Below are positions 1 to 8,293 of a DNA stretch of 44,812 bases, in pieces. The stretch is from a virus (Duplodnaviria > Caudoviricetes). The stretch's first letter is position 1. Every line of letters starts with the position of its first letter. A program made the translations under genes and the position numbers. The stretch spans positions 1-44,812 of IMG/VR virus record IMGVR_UViG_3300049982_000159, one strand, 5' to 3'. Below the pieces are notes generated by a model. The model was given only the letters and a program-made list of their open reading frames with translations. It was not told the origin of the DNA and made no database searches.

Positions 1-127
1 TGATCCGTCCGGCGTCGGGCGCCATCACGCAGCTGGACGTCGACACCCACCTCGCCGCTTGCGGTCCCGCGCGGCAGTTTGCCCACGAGTGCGCTACCGC
101 AGCCCTGTCCGGTGTTGCTCTTCGTGA
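1..127 (+). repeat. Terminal overlap, identical to 44686-44812 (circularisation overlap)
   Basis: TGATCCGTCCGG...GCTCTTCGTGA is identical at both ends; 127 nt equals a common assembler k-mer; an ORF runs through it. Confidence 0.95.
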
Positions 128-163
128 TGTCGAGGAAGCCGACGACGCGGCAGGTGATCTCCC

Positions 164-358
164 GTGACCACCGAGCAGAGGCCCGTCCTGGAGCCGTCGC
201 TGGACCCGATCCCTGCGGAGATCCACGAGCACCGTCTCCCGAACACCCGTGTCGCTGGTGGCGTCTGCTGGTCCCTGTTGGTGGCCGAGATGGCCGCTGA
301 GCGCACCCAGCCGGCCCCGAACCCCTGGACACCCGAAGGCCCTGAGGAGGCGGCATGA
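164..358 (+). CDS. hypothetical protein (64 aa)
   Basis: GTGA start/stop overlap with the junction-spanning ORF; GC3-rich frame. Confidence 0.6.
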   Translation: MTTEQRPVLEPSLDPIPAEIHEHRLPNTRVAGGVCWSLLVAEMAAERTQPAPNPWTPEGPEEAA

Positions 359-371
359 CGAGGGTGGAGCG

Positions 372-614
372 GTGACTCGGCGGCGGCGCACCGGGGCGTC
401 GACGAAGCGGGAGACCACCACCCAGATCCGCCGGTGGCGGTGCGGGTACAGCGGGAAGTGGTCGTTCGCGTCCCGGAAGGACGCCCGCCGGATGGCGAAG
501 ATCGCCCACCCGCATGACACGCAACTGACCGCCTACCGCTGCTCCTATGAGGACCACTGGCACATCGGGCATGTCGACGTGTACGCCCGCGAGCAGAGCA
601 GGAGAACAGCGTGA
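372..614 (+). CDS. small putative Zn-binding protein (80 aa)
   Basis: GTG at 372 after GGAG; C-x3-GK...AYRC...HWH pattern typical of small actinophage proteins; overlaps next start. Confidence 0.65.
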   Translation: MTRRRRTGASTKRETTTQIRRWRCGYSGKWSFASRKDARRMAKIAHPHDTQLTAYRCSYEDHWHIGHVDVYAREQSRRTA

Positions 615-991
615 CCGAGCAGCCGCAGTACGCCATCATCCACGTGAAGCCGACACCTGAGTCGGACGCGTGGCCCGTCGTCGAGCGCGTCCCGGGCGGT
701 TGGCAGTCGGGGGTCTTCCACTACCCGGACGAGATCGTTCTGAAGGTGGACCCGCTGTCGCTGGTCCCGACGGCAGTGCTCGCCGTAGTCCTCGAAGAGG
801 CTGGAGACGCACTGCGGGACGTCGGCAAGAAGGCGCTCGTCGTCAAGACGACGCTGGAGAAGCCGTACCCGGACGCGCCGGACAAGAACCCGTGGGACCA
901 GTACATGAAGGCAGCGGCCAGCCGCGCCTACAACCTGGGCTGCCAGATCCGCGACACGCTCCGCTCCGAGGGGTGGGCGTCCCGTGGGTGA
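611..991 (+). CDS. hypothetical protein (126 aa)
   Basis: AGGAGA SD, GTGA overlap, good codon usage. Confidence 0.7.
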   Translation: MTEQPQYAIIHVKPTPESDAWPVVERVPGGWQSGVFHYPDEIVLKVDPLSLVPTAVLAVVLEEAGDALRDVGKKALVVKTTLEKPYPDAPDKNPWDQYMKAAASRAYNLGCQIRDTLRSEGWASRG

Positions 992-1865
992 CCGATCGTG
1001 CGTCTTCGACCACCGAGACGAGGACGGTGTCCAGGTCCTTGCCGCGCCGGGCCGGGTGGCGTGCACGTCGTGCACGGAGCGGGTGTGGCGAGACCTCGGC
1101 ACCCTGCAGCAGCTCTACAGCCACCTGACGGACGTGGACGAGCTGATCCCCGGCGGGTCCCCGGACTCGAACGGCACCCGCACGGTCCCGGGACCGCGGT
1201 CGCCGGCGGTGGACGCGCTGATCGTGCACATGGACCCTCGGAGCTCGACGGGGCCGGGCGAGTCTCCGGCGGCGTTGGCGTCGGTGGCGGGGTGGGCGCG
1301 GCTGGTGCGGGAGGACACCACCGTCGACGTGGACCCGACGTTCATGCTTGCGGTGGTCCCGGCGGGGCGGATCACGATGGGTCGGGAGTTGGCGACGATC
1401 CGGGGCGCGTGGCCGTGGGTGACGGGGCAGGTGTGGTTCCCGGACATGGCGGCGGAGGTGGTGCAGGTGGTCGCGGCGCTGCGGTCGACGCGGCGCGAGT
1501 CGGAGCCGACGCTGATGCTCGGCCCGTGCCCGTACGTCGCGCTGACGGCGGCCCAGACGGGGATCGGCATCGACCTGACGTGCGGTGCGAAGCTGCGGGT
1601 CCGCCTGTCGGCGAGCGAGATCCGGTGTGTGTGCTGCGGGTCGGTGTGGCCCAAGGACAGGTGGAGCGAGCTGGGTGACCCGTGGACCGACTATGCCTAC
1701 TTGTCCGGGGAACTGGGTGTGAGGGCGACCACGTTGCGGGACTGGGCCCGTGAGGACGAGTGGCGGAAGGTGCGGATTTCGTGGAAGCGGTCGGTGGTGT
1801 GGCGGGACGACGCGATCGCCTCCTACGTGCGCAGGCGGGGACCGAAGCTGGAGGAGGCAGGGTGA
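984..1865 (+). CDS. Zn-finger plus C-terminal HTH DNA-binding protein (possible late-gene regulator)
   Basis: CxxC pairs (CTSC, GPCP...CGA, RCVCCG..W) and C-terminal HTH-like LSGELGVRATTLRDWA; lies upstream of the late region. Confidence 0.7.
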   Translation: MGDRSCVFDHRDEDGVQVLAAPGRVACTSCTERVWRDLGTLQQLYSHLTDVDELIPGGSPDSNGTRTVPGPRSPAVDALIVHMDPRSSTGPGESPAALASVAGWARLVREDTTVDVDPTFMLAVVPAGRITMGRELATIRGAWPWVTGQVWFPDMAAEVVQVVAALRSTRRESEPTLMLGPCPYVALTAAQTGIGIDLTCGAKLRVRLSASEIRCVCCGSVWPKDRWSELGDPWTDYAYLSGELGVRATTLRDWAREDEWRKVRISWKRSVVWRDDAIASYVRRRGPKLEEAG

Positions 1866-2248
1866 AGGTCAACATCGACTGGATACGGGGTGCCACAGAC
1901 GACGTGCTGGCGGTCACTTCGCCGGGGTCGTCCTGGATCACGGCCTGCCCGCGAGAGCAGCTGCTGGAGTTCGTGACGGTGCATGGCGTCAGCGTCAACG
2001 ACGTCCCGCTGCCGTCCGCCGTCATCATCGAGGACGGTCAGGTCACGTTCGAGGTCGTGGTCCGGGACGAGCAGGGCCGCGTCGTGGTGGACGAGGCCAC
2101 GAACGGCTTGAAGCGGACGACGGTCACCGTGCCGCAGTGCGCGCCGTGGCCGCTCACGGCGTCGCTCGGGCAGCAGCCGCACCTCTTCGGGTGCGTCTAT
2201 CCGGAAGGCGGGCTGGAGTGCTCGTGCGTTCCCAAGGAGGCAGGATGA
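1862..2248 (+). CDS. hypothetical protein (128 aa)
   Basis: GGAGGAGG SD, GTGA overlap. Confidence 0.7.
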   Translation: MKVNIDWIRGATDDVLAVTSPGSSWITACPREQLLEFVTVHGVSVNDVPLPSAVIIEDGQVTFEVVVRDEQGRVVVDEATNGLKRTTVTVPQCAPWPLTASLGQQPHLFGCVYPEGGLECSCVPKEAG

Positions 2249-2604
2249 CCCGCCCGGAGACGTGTCCGAAGTGCTCGGACCGCTGGCGGTCCTACGGGCC
2301 GTACGGTCGACTGGAGTGCCCCAATGAGCACGTGTTCATCCCCAACGACGCGGGCACCTTCACGCTGGTCGACTATCCGGACTTCGACGATGGCCAGGTG
2401 CGCGACGCCGAGGTCGAGCTGTACCGCACGGGGCGCGTCGACCGCGTCCCGGACCGACCTGCCGCGCTGAGGCTGCTCCGGCGCGAGCACGACGAGCAGC
2501 GTGACTACGAGGTCAACGACCCGTACTGCGGCGACCAGATCCTCAAGATGCTGGCCGTGCCGTTCTCGGACCGTCCCGGCTACCTCGACTCCTGGAGGCC
2601 CTGA
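2245..2604 (+). CDS. DUF6221-like protein with N-terminal Zn ribbon (119 aa)
   Basis: AAGGAGG SD; CPKC...CPNEH; C-terminal LKMLAVPFSDRPGYLDSWRP resembles the DUF6221 tail. Confidence 0.65.
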   Translation: MTRPETCPKCSDRWRSYGPYGRLECPNEHVFIPNDAGTFTLVDYPDFDDGQVRDAEVELYRTGRVDRVPDRPAALRLLRREHDEQRDYEVNDPYCGDQILKMLAVPFSDRPGYLDSWRP

Positions 2605-2786
2605 TGCCCACGTCCTGTTACGAGACCGACACCCTGAAGACGACTGCTGTGGTGGAGGAACGCCCCGAGGGCAGTGGCTTGTGGTGGTCGGTGTGCAACT
2701 GCGACACCGTCTGCTGTGAGGGCGGTACCTATGAGGAGGCGGTGGCTGCTCTGGACGCTCACCGACCCGGGCCGTGGCCGACATGA
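2604..2786 (+). CDS. hypothetical protein (60 aa)
   Basis: GGAGG SD, TGATG overlap. Confidence 0.6.
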   Translation: MPTSCYETDTLKTTAVVEERPEGSGLWWSVCNCDTVCCEGGTYEEAVAALDAHRPGPWPT

Positions 2787-3040
2787 GCGAGCCGCGCGTC
2801 GTACTGGACGCCTACGCCGTAGGCCATGAGGCTGGGGCGATCGGCTGTCGAGGTTTCAACCGGCGAGATCATGCCCCGGCCGCGTTCGCCGCGCTGCGCG
2901 CCGTCCTCGACCTGCACGTGATCGGCAACCCCGGCGTCGCGGCAGTCGCGTGGTGCGGCGGCTGCGGCGACATCGAAACGGCGCCGGACTGGCCGTGTCC
3001 GACGGTCCGCGCCATCACGACCGCCCTGGAGGCGAGATGA
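2783..3040 (+). CDS. hypothetical protein, LH...CxxC...WPCPT family (85 aa)
   Basis: ATGA overlap; motif LRAVLDLH...CGGC...WPCPTVRAI common in actinophages. Confidence 0.7.
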   Translation: MSEPRVVLDAYAVGHEAGAIGCRGFNRRDHAPAAFAALRAVLDLHVIGNPGVAAVAWCGGCGDIETAPDWPCPTVRAITTALEAR

Positions 3041-3168
3041 CCGACACCGCCATGATCATCCTCACGTACGTCTTCAGCGGCCTGTCGCTCGCCGCCAGCG
3101 GCTACACCATCGCCGTGTCCTACCGGACCGCGAAGCGACTCAAGCGGCTCCGTAGGGGGAGGCCGTGA
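3037..3168 (+). CDS. small membrane protein (43 aa)
   Basis: GGAGG SD, ATGA overlap; one hydrophobic helix plus basic tail. Confidence 0.6.
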   Translation: MTDTAMIILTYVFSGLSLAASGYTIAVSYRTAKRLKRLRRGRP

Positions 3169-3246
3169 TCAGGCACGCCACGGTGGCGTGGTGCCTCGTG
3201 CTTCGCGATACGACGCACTCGGGCGACACGCCACGGTGACCCCGCG

Positions 3247-3276
3247 TTGACGACTCCACCTGCACCAACGTATCGT
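3247..3276 (+). promoter_or_regulatory. putative SigA/HrdB-type (late) promoter
   Basis: TTGACG-N18-TATCGT in the first intergenic gap upstream of the HNH/terminase operon. Confidence 0.6.
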
Positions 3277-3282
3277 CGATCA

Positions 3283-3418
3283 TGTTGGTGAAGTGTCCGG
3301 ATCGGACGCCTGAGCCGACACTCCCTCGCCGCCCTGAGCAAGCGGTGGGAGACCGGGCGGACCGGGGCACGGCGTGCACGCTTAGTGGACCCCATCGCGG
3401 CTCGGCTCAGCTACCTGA
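3283..3418 (+). ncRNA. candidate structured small RNA or leader
   Basis: No credible ORF; 9-bp closing stem 3310-3318/3402-3410 encloses further hairpins; bounded by a promoter and a terminator-like hairpin. Confidence 0.35.
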
Positions 3419-3451
3419 CGAGGCCCCCTGCCCATGCTGGCGGGGGCCTCG
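3419..3451 (+). terminator. GC-rich hairpin, terminator-like
   Basis: CGAGGCCCCCTGCC/GGCGGGGGCCTCG stem; no U-tract. Confidence 0.5.
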
Positions 3452-3472
3452 CTGCATCCCCGGGAGGGCACG

Positions 3473-3685
3473 ATGTCCAGTGACGGCCCAGTCGTCAGCG
3501 GAGATCCGCGGATGTCGGCCGACGGGCCCACTCGTTGGGCTGCTGCCCGAGCTACCAAGACGCGCTGTCGCCACTGCTACGAGGACATCGTCCAGCTTCG
3601 ACCGGACGACCGCTGGCGTGACATCGAGTCGGAGTGCGCGACCTGCGCCCCGAACCTCTACCACGAGCCGCTGACTCCCACCTGA
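3473..3685 (+). CDS. hypothetical protein with CxxC (70 aa)
   Basis: GGGAGG SD before ATG 3473; CRHC...C..C...H. Confidence 0.55.
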   Translation: MSSDGPVVSGDPRMSADGPTRWAAARATKTRCRHCYEDIVQLRPDDRWRDIESECATCAPNLYHEPLTPT

Positions 3686-3775
3686 TCCCGGGGCTGCCCG
3701 ACGTAGCCGGGTAGTGCCATCGGTGCAGGCCCGTCCACAGGCAGCACGCGGGTGGCAACCCCGAGAGGAGACCAC

Positions 3776-4036
3776 GTGGACGACGACGTGGGCGACATCG
3801 CGGACCGGGTCTCGGCTGCCATCGCGGCCAGCATCCAGGCCGGAGAGCTAGGCGACGACACCGCGGGCATGCCAGCCGGGTTCGTCCTGGTCGCCACCTA
3901 CTACGACTCCGAGGGCAAGCTGTGCACCGCCCTCACCGCGAACCGTGGCGCCCACACCCACGAGACCCTCGGCCTGCTCGCCCTGGGTACGGCGGCGTGG
4001 CAGGCGGAGGCGGTGGACTGGGTGCGCGGCGAGTAG
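3776..4036 (+). CDS. hypothetical protein (86 aa)
   Basis: GAGGAG SD before GTG 3776. Confidence 0.65.
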   Translation: MDDDVGDIADRVSAAIAASIQAGELGDDTAGMPAGFVLVATYYDSEGKLCTALTANRGAHTHETLGLLALGTAAWQAEAVDWVRGE

Positions 4037-4039
4037 CTG

Positions 4040-4387
4040 GTGGCCCTCAAGCCCTGCTCCACTCCTGGCTGCCCCGAGCTGGTGCAGCGTGGCCGCTGCC
4101 CTGCCTGCTCCACGAGGGCTGAGCGCCGGCGTGGCAGCGCACGCGAGCGTGGCTACGACCACCGCCACGAGCACCGCTTCCGCCGGGTGGTGCTGGCACG
4201 TGACCCGATCTGCACGCTGTGCGGTAAGGACTGGTCCACGGATGCGGACCACTACCCGTTGGATAGGCGGGAGCTGGTACGTCGAGGGGTGGACCCCAAC
4301 GACCCAAGCCATGGGCGCGGGCTGTGTCACAGCTGTCACAGCACGGAGACGGCGAAGCACCAGAGCGGCGGATGGAACGCATCGTAA
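4040..4387 (+). CDS. HNH endonuclease (terminase-associated, HK97 gp74-like)
   Basis: CSTPGC, RDPICTLC, DADH, RGLCHSCHS motifs; immediately upstream of the cos-like region and terS. Confidence 0.85.
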   Translation: MALKPCSTPGCPELVQRGRCPACSTRAERRRGSARERGYDHRHEHRFRRVVLARDPICTLCGKDWSTDADHYPLDRRELVRRGVDPNDPSHGRGLCHSCHSTETAKHQSGGWNAS

Positions 4388-4530
4388 CGATCTTCATTGA
4401 TCGAATTCGAACGATGTAAACGATCAACCAATGATCTTCGGTGATCACCTGTTATCAACTAACGATCATGACCCCCTGGGGGGTGATCCCTCCACCGACC
4501 CCCACCGGGACCGCCGGGGAGGTCTCCGAA
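4388..4530. other. putative cos/packaging-signal region
   Basis: AT-rich non-coding gap between HNH and terS with phased GATC repeats; candidate cohesive-end sequence CGCCGGGGA at 4512-4520. Confidence 0.55.
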
Positions 4531-4610
4531 TGGTGCGGAGGGTTCAGAACTTCCTGGCTGCCCGCGCGACGCGGTCGGCTCTCGCCGACGCCGCGCGACG
4601 CGGCTGAGGA

Positions 4611-5162
4611 GTGATGATCGAAATGACCAAGGGTGGAGCACGGAACCGGTCGGGCCCGCAGCCGGACCCGGCGTCCGGCCGGAGCGATCGGCGCGGCTTC
4701 TCGCTGCAGGCTCTGCCGGCCGAGGGCTACGACGGCGGCGCGCCGCAGTACCCGCTCCGTGAGATGACGGTCTACGAGACGGTCGTCGATGAGGAGGGCG
4801 TGCGGCGGCGGTCCCCGAACGACGAAGCGACCAAGGAGTTCCGCGAGCGCGAAGCCGAGCTGTGGGAGTGGGCGTGGACACTGCCGCAGGCGTGCGCTTG
4901 GGTGCGCGAGCAGTGGCGCTGGCACACGGTCGCGATGTGGGTCCGGACCGCCGTGGTGTGCGAGGGCCCTGACGCGCAGGCCGCGGACAAGAACAGCCTT
5001 CACCGGTTCGCTGACCAGATCGGCATGACGCCGGCGGGGATGCGGGAGAACGGGTGGGCGATCGCCGCCGATGAGGTCGAGAAGCGGCGCGGCGAGGTCG
5101 ACGAGGAGCCCGAGGAAGACCCGCGGACGCGGCTGACGGTCGTGTCGAATGGCGGCGCGTAG
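4611..5162 (+). CDS. terS: terminase small subunit (true start may be 4614 or 4623)
   Basis: GGARNRSGP.PDP.S.RS N-terminus, W..PQA..W and IGMTPAGMRENGW motifs; precedes terL. Confidence 0.85.
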   Translation: MMIEMTKGGARNRSGPQPDPASGRSDRRGFSLQALPAEGYDGGAPQYPLREMTVYETVVDEEGVRRRSPNDEATKEFREREAELWEWAWTLPQACAWVREQWRWHTVAMWVRTAVVCEGPDAQAADKNSLHRFADQIGMTPAGMRENGWAIAADEVEKRRGEVDEEPEEDPRTRLTVVSNGGA

Positions 5163-6810
5163 CCAGTACGTCGTCGACTTCCCGACCCTGTGGGTCGTGC
5201 CGGCGTGGATTCAGCGGCACTGCCTGATCTCGGACGGGTTCCGCAAGGGCCGCCCGTTCCGGATGTACGACTGGCAGCTCTGGGCCACGGCGAATCACTA
5301 CCGGGTCAAGCCGGGTGCCGCGCAGGTCGAGGGTTACGGCGAGGATCCGGACGTCATCCCGATCCGGTCGGCGGCGTTCCACAACCGCCGGTCGCAGGTG
5401 ATCGCGCCGCAGAAGACGGGCAAGGGCCCGTGGACCGCGGCGATCGTGTCCGCCGAGGCGCTCGGGCCGGTCCTGTTCCTGGGCTGGGCCGAGGAGGGCG
5501 ACGAGTACCGGTGTGAGGACCACGGCTGCGCCTGCGGCTGGGTGTACCGCTACCAGCCGGGCGAACCGATGGGGCACGCGTGGCCGTCGCCGCTGATCCA
5601 GCTGCTCGCCACGTCTGAGGACCAGGTCGACAACGTCTACAAGCACCTGAAGGGCATGGCCCGCGGCCCGCGACTTCGGGAACGGATGAAGGTCCGCGAG
5701 GGCTTCATCCGGATCATCGGCGAGGACGACGACCCGGACTCGAGCCGGATCGACGTGGTCACCTCGAGCGCGATGTCCCGGCTGGGCAACCCGGTCACGT
5801 TCTGCATCCAGGACGAGTCGCAGCTCTACACCGCCACCAACAAGATGATCACGGTGGCGGAGACCATGCGCCGCGGCGCGGCCCCGATGGGCGGCCGGTC
5901 GATCGAGACGACGAACTGCTTCGACCCGTCGCAGCACTCCGTGGCGCAGCGGACCCGCGAGTCCCGTTCGAAGGACATTTTCCGGTTCTACGAGCCGCCG
6001 CCGGCCAACTTGAAGTACAAGGTCAAGGCGGACCGGAAGAAGATCCACGCCTTCAACTACGCCGGCTCGCCGCACGCCGACCTCGACGGCATCGAGGCCG
6101 AGGCCGCCGAGCTGATGGAGAAGGACCCGGGGCAGGCGGAGCGGTTCTACGGGAACCGGATCGTCGCCGGTCTCGGCACCTGGATGGACGTCGAGAAGTG
6201 GAACGCGCGCGTTGCGCCGTCGGCGCCGCCGATGACCCGCCGCACTCAGTTGGTGCTCGGGTTCGACGGCTCCGATGTGGACGACTGGACGGGGATCCGG
6301 GCGCAGACCCGCGAGGGCTACCAGTTCACGCCGGCGACGCCCGGCGGGCCGACGATCTGGAACCCGGCGGACTACGGCGGCAAGGTGCCGCGGTTGGACG
6401 TGCATGCCGCGGTGGATTGGCTGTTCTCGAACTTCGAGATCATCCGGATGTACGCGGACCCGCCGTACTGGGAGTCCGAGATCGATGCGTGGGCGGAGAA
6501 GTACGGCGAGAAGCGGGTCCTGCGGTTCGAGACGTACCGGCCGGTGCAGATGCACGCGGCGTGCCAGCGGCTGCTGGTCGACGTGAACAAGGCGGACAGC
6601 CCGTTCGCGCACGACGGCTGCGACGTCACCGAGTTGCACATGGGCGCGGCGAAGAAAGCGCCTCGCCCGTCGGAGCGGTACGTGCTCACGAAGCCGGGCG
6701 ACGGCCGAAAGATCGACATGGCGGTCGTTTCGGTGATCTGTAACGAAGCTGCGGGCGATGCGACCGCGGCGAAGCTCTGGAAAAGGCCGCGAAAGGTCAT
6801 CGCGATGTGA
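5149..6810 (+). CDS. terL: terminase large subunit
   Basis: Walker A QKTGKG, Walker B CIQDE, nuclease LGFDGS..DD.T, C-terminal KID. Confidence 0.95.
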   Translation: MAARSQYVVDFPTLWVVPAWIQRHCLISDGFRKGRPFRMYDWQLWATANHYRVKPGAAQVEGYGEDPDVIPIRSAAFHNRRSQVIAPQKTGKGPWTAAIVSAEALGPVLFLGWAEEGDEYRCEDHGCACGWVYRYQPGEPMGHAWPSPLIQLLATSEDQVDNVYKHLKGMARGPRLRERMKVREGFIRIIGEDDDPDSSRIDVVTSSAMSRLGNPVTFCIQDESQLYTATNKMITVAETMRRGAAPMGGRSIETTNCFDPSQHSVAQRTRESRSKDIFRFYEPPPANLKYKVKADRKKIHAFNYAGSPHADLDGIEAEAAELMEKDPGQAERFYGNRIVAGLGTWMDVEKWNARVAPSAPPMTRRTQLVLGFDGSDVDDWTGIRAQTREGYQFTPATPGGPTIWNPADYGGKVPRLDVHAAVDWLFSNFEIIRMYADPPYWESEIDAWAEKYGEKRVLRFETYRPVQMHAACQRLLVDVNKADSPFAHDGCDVTELHMGAAKKAPRPSERYVLTKPGDGRKIDMAVVSVICNEAAGDATAAKLWKRPRKVIAM

Positions 6811-6823
6811 CAAGGGAGGTGTG

Positions 6824-8293
6824 ATGTCGGTTCCCGACAAGAACGACGCCGAGGGCTGGCTGAACTTCCTCTCCGTGCGCCACGACGCGGAGCTGCAGGA
6901 GCTCGAGCGGCTGAACAGCTACTACGAGGGCACCCAGCCGCTCACGTACATGCACCCGGAGATCTTTCGGGAGGTCGGGGACCGGATCAAGCCGGTCGTG
7001 ATCGCGTGGCCGCAGCTCGTCGTCGACGCGCTCGAGGAGCGCCTGGACGTCGAGGGGTTCCGGCTGCCCAATGACGCGGGCAACGACAAGGACCTGTGGC
7101 GGGTGTGGCAGGCCAACGACATGGACGAGCAGTCCCAGCTGGGGCGGATTGACGCGCTGGTGATGAAGCGCTCGTACCTGTCGGTCGGGACGAACGACGA
7201 CGACGCGGACACGCCGATCATGTGCGCGGAGTCCCCGCTGGAGATGTTCGTCCACATCGACCCGCGGACCCGCAAGGAGCAGGCCGGCCTACGGCGGGTC
7301 GTCGACGACGGCAGTTACGCGCGCGAGCCGGAGCGTTCGGCGGCGCTGTACTTGCCGGACGCGACGATCTGGTACGGCCGTAAGGACAGCCAGTGGACGG
7401 AGGAGGACCGCGACAACCACGGCCTCGGCCAGCCGCCGGTGGTGGCGATGGTGAACCGCGGCCGCCTGTCGACGGCGCGGTCCCGGCTGAACGTCGCGAC
7501 GCACAGCTCCCGGTACGGGCAGTCCGAGCTCGCGCCGATCCTTCCGCTGTCGGACGCGGCGAACACGATCGCGACGGACATGATGCTCGCCGCAGACTTC
7601 CTCGCTCTTCCGGTGCGGGGGTTCTTCGGCATCGGCCCGGATGACCTGAAGGACCAGGACGGGAACACGCTCACCGCCTACCAGGCGATCCTGCGGAAGT
7701 TCTTCATGATCCCCACCGGCACCGACGAGGGCGCGGGGACCTTCGAGTTCGCGGGCGCGAGCCTCGCCGGGTTCCACGAGTCGATCAACTCGCTGGCGCG
7801 GCTCGTCGCGTCGCTGTCCGGCCTCCCGCCGGACTACCTCGGTCTGTCCACGGACAACCCGGCGTCCGCCGAGTCCCGGCTGGCCGGCGAGATCCGGCTG
7901 ATCAAGCGGGCGGAGCGGAAGCACTCCCCGTTCGGTGGCGCCTACGAGCGGACCGGCCGGCTGGTGAAGCGGTTCCAGGAGAAGGACTGGGACCCGAAGT
8001 ACCGGATGCTGGAGACACGGTGGCGGGACCCGTCGACGCCGACGGTCGCGCAGACCGCCGACGCGGCGATCAAGAAGTACCAGGCCCCGGCCGGGCAGAA
8101 GCCGATCGTGACGCTGCGGCAGACCCGCGAGGACCTCCGCTACTCCGACGCGCAGATCACCAACATGGAGAAGGAGCAGGACGCCGAGGACAAGAAGGCG
8201 GCCGCGCTGGACCCGATCGGCGTGCTGGCCGGGCGGATGCCGCCGCAGCAGCAGCCGGGGCTGACGCCGGAGCCGTACGGTGTCGGCGGCTGA
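6824..8293 (+). CDS. portal protein (SPP1 gp6-like, 489 aa)
   Basis: GGGAGG SD; YYEG.Q, WPQLVVDAL.ERL..EGF, LW..WQANDMD, NPASAES motifs. Confidence 0.93.
   Translation: MSVPDKNDAEGWLNFLSVRHDAELQELERLNSYYEGTQPLTYMHPEIFREVGDRIKPVVIAWPQLVVDALEERLDVEGFRLPNDAGNDKDLWRVWQANDMDEQSQLGRIDALVMKRSYLSVGTNDDDADTPIMCAESPLEMFVHIDPRTRKEQAGLRRVVDDGSYAREPERSAALYLPDATIWYGRKDSQWTEEDRDNHGLGQPPVVAMVNRGRLSTARSRLNVATHSSRYGQSELAPILPLSDAANTIATDMMLAADFLALPVRGFFGIGPDDLKDQDGNTLTAYQAILRKFFMIPTGTDEGAGTFEFAGASLAGFHESINSLARLVASLSGLPPDYLGLSTDNPASAESRLAGEIRLIKRAERKHSPFGGAYERTGRLVKRFQEKDWDPKYRMLETRWRDPSTPTVAQTADAAIKKYQAPAGQKPIVTLRQTREDLRYSDAQITNMEKEQDAEDKKAAALDPIGVLAGRMPPQQQPGLTPEPYGVGG

Noticed and set aside
1-127. Biological direct terminal repeat
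   Set aside because: The length equals a typical assembler k-mer, it falls mid-gene, and the HNH-cos-terS layout points to ends near 4.5 kb
3415-3455. Hammerhead ribozyme (CTGACGA followed by a stem)
   Set aside because: The stem is followed by TCG rather than the required GAAA, and stems I and III are not evident
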